This document shows, in pieces, positions 1 through 11,006 of a DNA stretch of 64,000 nucleotides. This DNA comes from Lepidodermella squamata (taxonomy: Eukaryota > Animalia > Gastrotricha). How positions within the stretch are numbered: the first letter of the stretch is position 1; the number at the start of each line of letters is the position of its first letter. Location: positions 186,001 through 250,000 of the forward strand of contig JBLDXI010000032.1 of assembly GCA_047495785.1 (NCBI GenBank). The letters are read 5' to 3'. The position numbers and the translations under genes are program-made. The notes under the pieces are model-generated. The model made no database searches, had not been told where the DNA came from, and worked only from the letters and a program-made list of their open reading frames with translations.

Positions 1-3000
1 TCTCTGATGAGAATGAAGTTCTTACAATCCAACTGATCTAAAAAATATTATGCGTGGAAAAGTTGTTTCAAGTAAAACAGGTATAATCACTGACTTAAAG
101 ATTCCAGTCGTCCTGGCCGTTCGGGGAAACCAAACACTAGTCCGCTTGTGTTACCCTAGCAGCTAAAAGTAGCAGTAAGTTTGACACGGAAAATATTCCT
201 ACTGTTTTAACAATCCATGAACAGCTCGAATTTTGATTGTTAGGGCTAGCGATATCAACCGTAGTACAAGGCGGGACGTAGATTTCGCCGACACAGCCGT
301 TTGCCGGATCCGTCGGGTATGAAATGTCGCAAAAATCGCCGCCGAGGCCAGGCGGACACAAACATTTTGTGCAGTTGACGCTCGGATTAGGATAACCCCC
401 ATTTCTGCATGTGATTGTCGGGTTTTTGCACGGAGCTGAGTCTGTCAAAATAATACACCGAGACATTCATTTTGCGTATAATACAGCGTGTCCCATAATA
501 CATAACGCAAACAAAGAGAACTACCCCCACTTGCGCATTTCCCATTTGTGCATTAAATTTTGTTAAATTTTGTATCACTTGCGCATTTATTTTCAAATTA
601 TGAGGTTGGCTCAGTTATTTAGCATATCATAGCATTTTCTTTATTTTATCTTTTCCTTCATTAATCAACAATAACATAACAAAAACAATTGAGTACGTGT
701 ACAGAGACGAATAAAAAATGATAAAATAAAATTCACTCCGGTGTTCGCCGGTGTAAAAGTGAGGAGTAACTCCCTACAAAATTACTCCCGGAGTTCATTT
801 TTGCTAGGAAGTATCAACTCCGAGGAGTTTTTAGCGCCTAGTGAAGGAACACTCCTACCAGGACATTATGACACGGGTCTAATAAATATAGAAATATAGA
901 AATCGAGGTTGAAACCATGTCGTTTCAACTTAATATTCATTGCAATCCTTGAAAAGATATCATTTGTTTTCTTTAAATTATTTCAATTGGGAATTGAACA
1001 AAAGAAAACTAGGAATTCACTTAAATAAACAAAATAATATAAGTTATCAATGCCGCGAGGCGCTTTGCACCAGAATCCTTTGGGAATCCTCTACGACGCG
1101 GAGTGTGTTGTCCGCGAGCTTCGGGTTCGGCAACATCTCTGGGGCAAAGGGCTCCCGATAGTGTGGTAGAAGAGGGTGATGACACCAAAGTTGTCCTCGC
1201 ACTTGTTCGCCCGAATTTTATAAAGCTTATATGTTAGCTTTTGTGTTAGCTTCTTGCTAGCTTATCCACGTGACTTCAATCAATTCGGTTTCGGTGTATA
1301 ATGGGAAATTTAACAAGTGTGTTTAATTGGTTTAAGTTATGTTATTCCTACATGCGCATTGACATAGGAGCCATAGGGAAATTGAACTTCTCTAAGGCTG
1401 AATTTATGTTTTAAAGGGGGAATTATTATTCCGATTTTTATGCTATTTTCACAAGAGTATGCCTGTAAACCTCAAAAAGTGGCTCCAGATAGTGCGCATT
1501 TGGGAATAAGATTCCAGTCTCTAGAACCCCTCGATTCGTTTGGCTGCGCCAAACTCACTCGGGGTTCCAGATCGGGGGCTAGCCGTAGATTATTCCCTTA
1601 TTTAGCTCTTAAATTATCGTTTCAATATTTCCGGAGAGAGTGGATTTTACCGGCGGAAAAAATTGCACACGGAGTTGAAATTAACCGGAATTATTGACTC
1701 CGGAGTTAATATTTTCGAGTGTTACACCGGGCGTGATGTAAATTTTGTTCACGCCAAGCGAGCCGAGTGTCGGATGAGGACCTGTAGCAAGCTACCTATC
1801 CTGATCGTCAACCTCAAAAACTCACCCTTAATAATCTGATATTTCAATTCCACCAAAATAACTATGCATTTTTTGTCTCCAAGTATTTCTATCATGGGCC
1901 AGGGCGTCGGCCTCCTCAAAATTTGAAATCGCTATTTTGTTCGGACGTTTTTTGATGCAATCAATCCACCTTAATTTTGGTCGCCCTCGAGGTCTACTCC
2001 AAGTATTATCTGGCGGCTGCCAGTACCGCATCTGGCTTGCCAGCCTTCCGGGGTCCATGCGAGCGACGTGCCCGTACCAGCCTGTACCATCAGTTACCAT
2101 GCCTAGCGAAGTTGCTAGGCGGCGCGGCAACTTCGCTAGGCATGGTAAATGATTTTTAGGGTGAAAATACGCAAGATAAGGCTTAGTTACCGGACTCATT
2201 TGCCGATTAAAATTGAATGTTAGGGTTCGCAGATCCGCTGCGAATCTAATATCAAACGACTCCCCATCATTCACTATATCCATTCACGATTCATAGTAAT
2301 TTCGTAAATTCTTTCGTACGGTGATCATTTCATAACGTAACGTTTTCATATGGAGTAAATTCATACAAATACAGTTTCATATCAAAAGTGGTGATCTTTT
2401 CGTGACAAAAATTCAACTTGAATTGTAGTTCGCAAAAGGCGATCGTATTCGAATTTTATCGAAGTTCTAATCTAACACGGTTTAGATATGCCTTTTCATA
2501 CCTTCAATTATCTGGCCTAGTTAGTGATCGAGGTTAGGTAGAAGTGAAGGTTACAGACAGACAGACCAGACAGACCACGCGGTTTTCCAAGTACCGTATT
2601 TCTCGAAAACTTACCATGGGCTCTAATTATAAACGAAGGATTTTTTATTCGGGTTGTATTGGGTAGTTTTATGCAGATTTATGTCACCCTAGAGTGATTT
2701 TAAATGTTTGCCTTTTTTGACTTCCAGCAACAATGGCTCCCTAACGGTGAGGAATTGGCTCATGAGGTTGTGTGAGCTTACTCGAATGGGTTCTGACTGT
2801 TAATGGTCAAAACATGAGCCCAGAGAACCTCATGGTTATGGAATGACGAGCGTTTAAAAAAAGTAGAATTTTTTTATGCAGATTTAGGTAACCTTACTCT
2901 ATTTGTTCGAAACTTCACCAAAAATAAACGAACGGTGCTAGAATTTAGGAAAAATTCTCGAAATATCCGAAATCGCATCTTTGCAGGTAATTTACCTGGA

Positions 3001-4856
3001 AGTGGCTCTTTAAAATTTACTGCTCTTATCTAAAAAATTACAAGCTAACGCCAGCATCATTTTGGTATAAAAAATTCTATCTAAAACGGCCGAGGTGAAG
3101 AGATCCAGGTGGGCAATTTTAGGGTTTTCGAGGGTTCGATTCTAAAAATCAGCAGTCAATAGTGGAATCGAATTCGGGAAAACAAAACCAATACTATCAT
3201 TCTACAGGAGGCAAGGGATTTTTTAGATATTTTTCCAGAATTTTAGAAAGTCAACCGCAGTTTGGCGATTAGGTAGAATTTTTTTTATCAAACTAGTAAC
3301 TCTCAAAATTGTATCTCTCTCCGGTCTATAAACACCAAAGTTTCAGGCATTACGTCATCAAGGAAAAACTCACAGGTGAAGCAGAAAAGGCGGTTTTTAA
3401 ATTCTACTTTTTGAGAAGAATCAAACGATACTAAACTTATGCTAATAGTGTACCTGGATGAGGTGGCCGAATATTTTGGAATTTTTGAACATCTAGCCAG
3501 ATTCCTCACCTCTCACCTCAGATTAGCGCTAAAAATCTCGACTGCGTTTTAGAAAAAACATCAACATTTATTGCGCAACGAATAATTGATGCAATAGAAA
3601 CTTATTTTTGAAATAGCATTTTCGCCGGTAAACCTTGATGCCCATTTTCTCAGCAGCTCTGATAAACCCGATTTTTCATTGTTAACGGTCATTGATTTTT
3701 AGCTGTACAACTTATATGGGACAAGCTGTAAGTTTTGTGCCCTACGATTTTAGAAATTAGAAATTACACGCTACAATATCGATTTATAATTTTGAGGAAA
3801 TATATGTAGTTTGCTCACCAAAGCACTTGTATAGCGTGTTCAGCTTGATCGTGTCGAACAATGACAGCCAGGCAGACTGGCCAACAGAAGCAACGTAGCG
3901 CCGATCAATCGGGTACATCCTGGGAAGCTTTATCCCACCTAGTCGTCCCATCGCCGGGTCGAACAGCGACTCATAGTCGAAGGGCGTTGCGTTGTAGTAC
4001 GTTTGCGACGGGTTGATGGGGAAACTGATAAAACAGAAAATTCCTTGTTTTGCTAATAATTTGAGAATTTTAACATGTCCTCGTAGCCAGGAAAAGGGAC
4101 GAGGTATTGACCCCGATCTGGCCGTCTGAGCTCATATGTAAGTCCAAGGACATATCCAATCTTCATGATCGCGTAAGAGACCTATAATCCAAATTATTTC
4201 ACTCAAATAATACCACGGTTATAATAAAAGATTGAAACTTGCTGCGTAAATAAAATCCGTACTATCAGGGTTGCTTCGGAGCGCGACAACCCTCAGAGGA
4301 TAAGAAGTTGAATGATAGCCGGTTGTGTCTCTATATACGCGCAATACAAATGGCAGATAGGTTTTTTTGAATCGCAGGTTAGGAAACAAAACTCACCCAA
4401 GATTTCCTATGAAGAGGATAGAGTTGGGCTCATTCAAACCGATGGACGATCTTTCCACGAAGCGCAAGCAAGTAACCGATTCAATATACGCTATGGCCAG
4501 CTTGTAAACCTGTCTGTCAACTGGGGCTGATAATAAAAAATGATGGGGTCATCATTAATTTTTTCGGAAATGGTAACGCAGATTAACTTACAGACATCAG
4601 AATTGCCGGGCGCATAAATATACCAGGTCCCATTGTTGAATGTATATGGGATAGGCAAGGGCCACGGGGTTGCAGGTGGCTGACCGGGTGAAAAACCATC
4701 AAAAGTACTCGCGTGCATTGTCAAATTAACCGATGGTACGTTCGGGTCCGCATTTTGGAATAAGAAAATTTGTGTAACCTCCTGATCGAGGAGAATGCTC
4801 CACAGCACGCGGAGCATGCTGAACATGTAAACAAGCGCAAACAAATATCGCGACAT
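1..4856 (-). CDS. Astacin-like (M12A) pseudo-metalloprotease with EGF and CUB domains, copy A (multi-exon; 3' end outside window)
   Basis: Hydrophobic N-terminus from ATG 4856. Spliced exons give VSYAIMKIGYVLGLTYELRRPDRGQYL, PFDYESLFDP and VGQSAWLSLFDTIKLNTLYKC (astacin core), then CRNGGYPNPSVNCTKCLCPPGLGGDFC (EGF) and a CUB start. Close paralog of 11007-14311. One intron is expanded to about 3.4 kb (~446-3818). Confidence 0.8.
1845..2082 (-). mobile_element. 3' fragment of an RTE-clade non-LTR retrotransposon ORF
   Basis: WYGHVARMDPGRL...RPRGRPKLRWIDCIKK...LAHDRNTWR matches the typical C-terminus of RTE-type reverse transcriptases. It lies inside the astacin A intron. Confidence 0.75.
2094..2620. 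mobile_element. Probable Helentron-derived non-autonomous element (HINE/DINE-like)
   Basis: Perfect 22-bp hairpin TTACCATGCCTAGCGAAGTTGC / GCAACTTCGCTAGGCATGGTAA at 2094-2148, an (ACAG)n microsatellite at ~2553-2576, and a second TTACCATG at ~2611. The 3' boundary is approximate. Confidence 0.5.
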
Positions 4857-5879
4857 CGAATTCTTGTAAATCAGTAAAAATAAATTTAAGCCGGTAGGAT
4901 AAATTTGTGAAATAATTGAGATTATTATTGAGATTTTCGGTATCAAAAAATGCTTCGATATAGCAAAGGGCGCGCGATCTTCCTGGCACGAGCATCCCAC
5001 GTGATTTACTTTTTTATTCGAACCGCCTCAACTACGCCGCCATTATTTCTCCCGCGAACCTGTTTTCAATTCAATCTTTTAGAAAAAACTGTTCAACATT
5101 TTTTTTATTATCATCAAAAAATTATCACAAATCAGTCATTGAAAGAGCAATAGTTTAAGAATTGACCGATAATCCAAATCAGCTAATCATTACTCGAGAG
5201 GGCGGCTGCTGCAAGTCGAAAAAGTGACAAAATTTGATTTTTTTCCCCGAAAATTAAATCGAATTTTATCGTCCTAATTTCGGCAGAGAGCCATCTAAAA
5301 TAATCTATAAGTTCAAACGTCGCTGAATAAACACCAATGAAACACCGATTGAAATTAGCTGAAGCGTTCTCCAATGTTTAAAATTTAGGATTTCACCGGA
5401 GAAAAGGATAATTTCAGCGGGGAAAAATCCAAAAGACCCGACGGTAAAAAATGGTTCGGAAATAATTAATATTTTGCGTATACTATTTCATTATTGTCAA
5501 TAATCAATTCGTTGATTGATTAATATTTTTATGCCACTGAATCCTACAAAATTCAGAAACCAAAAAATCAGAGAAAAATCGGTGTGCGAAAACTCCGAGA
5601 TCCCAGAATTTAGAGATTTTATAGCTAACGCTAAAAATCTCGAATTTGATCTGATGGTTCTGCTAATCGATGTAAAATGTAAAATGAAGACTAGTTTTCG
5701 AATTAGGCCAGGAGTGTTCCTACGAAAAAAAATTCGGAAAAAAAAATCAATTTTTTGATGTAAATTCGGCCAAGTTACGCCGCTACAGAAGAAAATAAAA
5801 TAATTTCGAAAAATTATGCCAAATATTCCAAATTTATTTGAACGGCCACATTTTTTAGCCAACTCTGGCGAAACCCCGC

Positions 5880-6400
5880 CGAACACGATGCCGAGTTGCG
5901 CGAAACTGATATGTTTTGATAGATTCGGATGACTGCTAGCAGGTTATGCTCGATAACGGCCCGTTCGACCAGGCTGACCGACCGGCCGCCCATCCACACG
6001 TCCTGGTACGGGGAAGTCTAGGTAGTAGCAATAACGCGTCTAACAGGGCCAAATCAGCCGGGCGAGGAGTCGCTCGAGGTAAATGGATTGCAACAACATG
6101 TGAACAGCCATTCGATGGGTTCTATCGTCCTTAATCAGCGACGCCAAGGCCGGGGCGCTGGCTGCGAATAGCCCGTTGTAACACGTCGATTCAGAAACGA
6201 TAGGGCGGAGTGATAATTCGATGTAAAGTTGGCTGATTCTTCGAAGAATTTGCGATTGAAATCGGAGCAGGCTTGGTATTTGTTAGTAGGGCTCGTTGTA
6301 CTTGGTAACCGTGCGATCCGAATCAGCATAGACTCATCTTTTCCTCGCCGGAGTATTTCCTGTAAAACTGAGAAAGTTCCATGTCTGAATTCTCTATGTC
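5880..6400 (-). pseudogene. COPS4: COP9 signalosome subunit 4 pseudogene fragment, copy A
   Basis: Frameshifted pieces KYQACSDFNRKFFEE, KDDRTHRMAV..IYLERLL and [23 protein letters not shown] correspond to CSN4 YKVCYARVLDYRRKFIEA, FKDER..MYLDRII and [22 protein letters not shown] (recalled sequence). Confidence 0.75.
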
Positions 6401-6975
6401 TTCGGATAATAAAATTTAAAAAAAATGAAAAATAATCCTGAATATTGCTGAATGGCCAGTAAAATCTAAATTGGCACCAGGCAATAATTTCAGCTAATTT
6501 ATGGGCCAATTCTCAGCAATTTCATCTCAGCTTGGTGCTTTCCAATAAGTTGGTTCGAAAACTTAAAATTGAACGATTCAAAATTAATTTTCAAATTTCT
6601 CAAAATTTAGAGATTGAAATTGTAGCTAGCCCGGGCTGCTGTAGGATCAAGTAAGGTAATTCTGAAATATCTCCTAATAAATCAGTGATGCGCAAACTTT
6701 TGTAACTACCGGTGATTTTGGCGGCCGGATATATGTCCCTAACCGGAAATGTCCCGCAACACTCTCGGCATCTCCAACTGACCGCACTGCCGGATTTTAT
6801 TTGTGCGTGTCATCGGCCAAAGCAACTGATTTTCTTTGTAAACATTTTCTCTAAATCAACGTTTCGATGAGAAAATTCAACATTGAAACGTATTAACAAT
6901 TTTCTATGATGGATGATGCAGAACCATAGATATAATCCAGTAGAGATCGCCCACTAGCGTGAAAAAAGGTGTACA

Positions 6976-7810
6976 CCATGGGCGCCAGATGGTCAGCTGA
7001 TTCATCAGAGGCTTGGAGGCCAAGTAAACAAAATATTCGATTCTTTTTTTGCTGCGGTTCCGATCACGGTTTAAAATTTTCCCAATATTTTGTGATGGTT
7101 CCAGGTAGGTGAAATCACAACGAACGCGCTGGTTGTTTTTCCAAATTGTTAGAAGCAATATGAACCACTGAAATTAAAGAATTGAATTTCGCTGATGCAA
7201 TTAGAATAAATTTAAACCTCTAATTGAACCGAAATTGAAGCAATTTTTTAGTGGTCCGTGTAGCACAGATCGAGCTCTATAATTTGATACTTGGAGCGAA
7301 CTTGGATGAATTTTTATCGATTTTCTGGACATTTTTGAAAATCGAAGCTGAATTCATCCACTATAAAAATCTGGAGTAGTTGGTAGCGGATTCAATTCAG
7401 AACTTTTGTTGACGCGCGTGTGCCGCATGCACATCTTGTGGTTGGAAAGAGAGTCTACGCTACGCCATGGGCGCCAGATGGTCAGCTGATTCATCAGCGC
7501 TCGGAGGCAAGGTAAACAAAATATTCGATTGGTTTTTAGCTGGTTCCATGACGGTTTCGATTTTCCCAAGGGTTTGGTTGATGGATCCAGACAGAGGAAA
7601 TCACGAGGAACCCGCTGATTATCTTTTTGAAATTTTCAAACAAATTGTAACTGGTGTTATTGACAAAAAATGGTTTCGCAGTTACAAATAAAAATAATTT
7701 TCATGATCATTTAAATTGAAATTGAAGCAGTTTTTTAATGGTCCAGGTAGCCCGCGTCATGGTCCACATGTCGATACTTGGAGCGAACTTCGATGATTTT
7801 TTACTTCAGT
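6976..7810. repeat. Diverged tandem duplication, period about 490 bp
   Basis: CCATGGGCGCCAGATGGTCAGCTGATTCATCAG starts at both 6976 and 7465. Similarity persists to GATACTTGGAGCGAACTT (~7285 and ~7773). Confidence 0.8.
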
Positions 7811-9096
7811 TTTGGATAGTCGTACAGTGCTTTTTCAGGAATCGGCGATTCGGATCCATCGCAGACCATCTATCTCAAAAAAACTTGAAGCCTCTGGCAA
7901 TTGTCTGGCAAGAGAGACAATTAACTCAGGCCACATCGGATGCAAAAATAGCATTTATCAAAAATGAGAATTTCAGATAAAAATCGCGGGCTGCATTTTC
8001 GTCATCAATTCTTTCTCTCGGAGCCCCTTCTATTGAAAATTTAAAGAAAGTTTACCGCAGACTAGATCTATCGACTGGTGAAATCCGCTTCAAAAAATTC
8101 CTCGCGACTATAAAGTTATTGAAAAATGCGATGCAAAAAAAAAGATTTCGCATACTTTATTTTCCAGTCTCGAATTGAGTTGATCTGCTTCCATTTTTAA
8201 CTCAACTATAAAATCAACTCAACGATTTTCAAATAGCAAATAGCCAATTTGGCACCCATTGGCGCAGCTGAAAATCACTCGAATCAAATCTCGGCCTAGC
8301 TTTGGCACCCTGCGTCCAGCCGGCCGCCAAAAATGCCGGAAAATAAACCGAGTTTGCGCACTAATTGACACGTTCATTTTTATCACGTCGAGATAGATGG
8401 AAGATGGAACCTATTAGCTTGCTATGATGTCACTCGGCATCCTGTTTAGATGCCAACATAACCAGCTGGGATTTGGGACCATCACAACTTTGAATCCTCG
8501 CATGACTTAACATTAGTAATAAGTAAATTGAGAAATTCACGAACATCATTTTAAGGGCAAAAAAGTCGCGAAAAATGCCAAGTTCAAGATATGCGTGATT
8601 CATAACTTCTTTGTTCGAACCTTGAGCCAAAGGGTTGACAAGAATTAAGCTGATGTAGACGTGGCCGTTGTAAATTTTGCAGCCGAAATTCGCCAAACTT
8701 TCGCGTAATTTTTACCGCGCGAGAACAAGACATTTAGTCACGGGTCAGATCGTGCCCATTACAACAATCGTAGACAAGAATTTTTTGAGAATTTCGGTTG
8801 CAAATTTTCGGACATGGCCGGTCGTGTTTGTTGCCATTTGCCACTGTGACTGCGCATGCGGCTGAAATTAAATGAAAATAAACATCAACTACTTGATGAT
8901 AGCAAAAAATCAGGTTATTTCGATTCTTAACCTGCAAGCTTTTCCTGGCATTTTGGAACTTCGAGTCACGTCGCTGCGAGTATCGGAAATCAGAAATTTA
9001 TTGGAGCCCCTTGATTTTTCAGTAGTTAATATTAAAATAATTCGAGAAATTTCTATAATTTTTTAATTAAATTTTGTCGAAATTTTATTAAATTAA

Positions 9097-9495
9097 CCCT
9101 TAGCCGCCGGCGCAATGACGTGTTAACTCGAGCACCTTTCAAAAAATCCCAGAAAATCAAGAAGAGGCTAAAATCAAATTCTGAGTCGGCAGAAAGTCTT
9201 ACATTTCTTAGATTGAAAGCCGAACCTCTTTTTCAGAAGAAATTTACCTGGGTTGCCGTTGCTATGACGTGTTAACGCGTTTTCATGACGTGTTAACAAG
9301 TCATTTAAATTTTTTCTCACTATTTTCGACCTGGTCGGAATGGCTTTGAAAATTTGGATTTTCGGGGAGTGCTTGTTTCTTGCTATTGATTTATCATAAT
9401 TTATGACGCAACAATGAGTTCGATAGCCCAAATCCTCCGACAACGGTGAATTTTCTCCGGAATTAACGCGTGTACACGTCTTCGGCGGCTAAGGG
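9097..9495. mobile_element. piggyBac-type MITE
   Basis: TTAA on both sides (9093-9096, 9496-9499); TIRs CCCTTAGCCGCCG / CGGCGGCTAAGGG; internal repeated ATGACGTGTTAAC. Confidence 0.85.
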
Positions 9496-9690
9496 TTAAT
9501 ATATGACACCCACGCCCAGTAATAATAAATTTATTTCCAATTCGCTTTATTTCGGGTATTATTTTGTCATTCATCTTAATTTTCTTAATTTTTCTTAATT
9601 ATTAATCTTGAATTTTCACTAAGCATTTTTACAATGTTAGCAAGCGTAGACTTGGGACTAACTCGATCCCAAGGCCGTACAAGTCTGAAT

Positions 9691-9987
9691 GGAAAGGGTA
9701 CAAATAAGACAGGATAATTAAGATAATTTATTATTAATTGTATAACGGGACAATTAAGACGAGGACAATTAAGACTAATCCTGATCCTAACTCCAACCCT
9801 AACCCTAACCCTAACCAAAATCCCAACCAAAAGCCCAATAATATTGTTATTTTTTATTCGTCTTATTTGCCCCGTCTTATTTGTCCTTGTCTTAATTGTC
9901 CCATTATAAAATTAATAATTAATTATCTTAATCGTCCTGGTTTTATTTGTCCCGTCGTATTTGTCCTCATCTTATTTGTCCCCCTAC
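9691..9987. mobile_element. Foldback-type MITE with internal (CCCTAA)n
   Basis: Long imperfect inverted arms built from GGACAA(A/T)TAAGAC / GTCTTA(T/A)TTGTCC units. Flanked by direct repeat GTCTGAAT (9683-9690, 9988-9995). Central CCCTAA repeats. Confidence 0.7.
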
Positions 9988-11006
9988 GGTCTGAATATCC
10001 TCATCGCAGAACATGTGGTACTTACGCCTCTCTTGGGCAGCTTATTTTCACTTGATTGCTCGAAAAATTATCAAATTAAATCGAAAAATTAAGGTTTGCC
10101 GAACTGCGCAGGCTGAACTGCCATCGGCCCTTTCATCTGGCTGCCGTTGAAGGTTCATTCGCATGATTATACAGCTTCCTCTAAATTTATCAAAAAACCG
10201 ATGATGAAGCATTCTAGCAAGAATTGCAATTTCGATTCGAACAGAAATTGACACAAAATGGGAAGGCTTTGTTTGAATTTTACCTCGTAAAAATTTAAGA
10301 ATTAATTATATAAGAATTATTCAGGTCAGCCCAAGGCTCGAGATAGAATTGGCAATTTGGTTTCCAGGTATAGCGGAGCTCCACGAAAAATTGATCACAA
10401 CTCTGCGAGCAATAGCTCATCGGGCAGAGTAAGAAGCCCACCTTAAATGAATTGCGAATTGCATGTCGTTTATTTATTTGGCATTGAAATATTTCCAATG
10501 GAGTTGTCATTGTTAATCATGCCCGATTACGTAATCGTGTTCAGCCGCGACCGTCTTTCTCGCTTCTATCCGTCGATTAGCCGTTTTTATCCGTTTTTAC
10601 TCATTTTTTATCCGTTCATAATGCGTTGCTATCCGTATACCTAGTATTTTAATAGTTGTTCGTGAAAACTGACTCGCTAAAAATCCAAGGTTTTCGGTAA
10701 AAGCCCGGCTGCGCTAGGAACATCAACAGGGTCAATAAAAATTATTGTCAAGCCATAAGAAATATTTCAATTTCAATAAAATAAATGAAATATCTACGCA
10801 ACCTACTAATATTTATTATTTAGGTATCTATGGTTTTCCATCACACAAAAAATCACATGTATCATTGTTCACTTTGAGCCTACCAATGTTGCCAACCGAT
10901 TTATGAACAGTGGCATTGTCCTGGAGCAAAAATATTGATATGGGTTCAAAACTTAAATTAATCATGAAAGTTCATCAATTTTTCATCAAAGGTTCTGCTG
11001 TTTTAG

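Noticed and set aside
1-20. CTGATGAG at the window start as a hammerhead
   Set aside because: It is the antisense of a CUB-domain coding exon, paralogous to ~12742.
1040-1215. GC-rich intronic island as an HDV-like ribozyme or captured exon
   Set aside because: I could not build the nested double pseudoknot or recognise a protein motif.
6990-7010. CTGATGA on the minus strand (also ~7490) as a hammerhead core
   Set aside because: No stem II followed by GAAA and no UH site.
9797-9815. (CCCTAA)3 as a telomere or interstitial telomeric array
   Set aside because: Only about three units, sitting in the loop of a foldback MITE.
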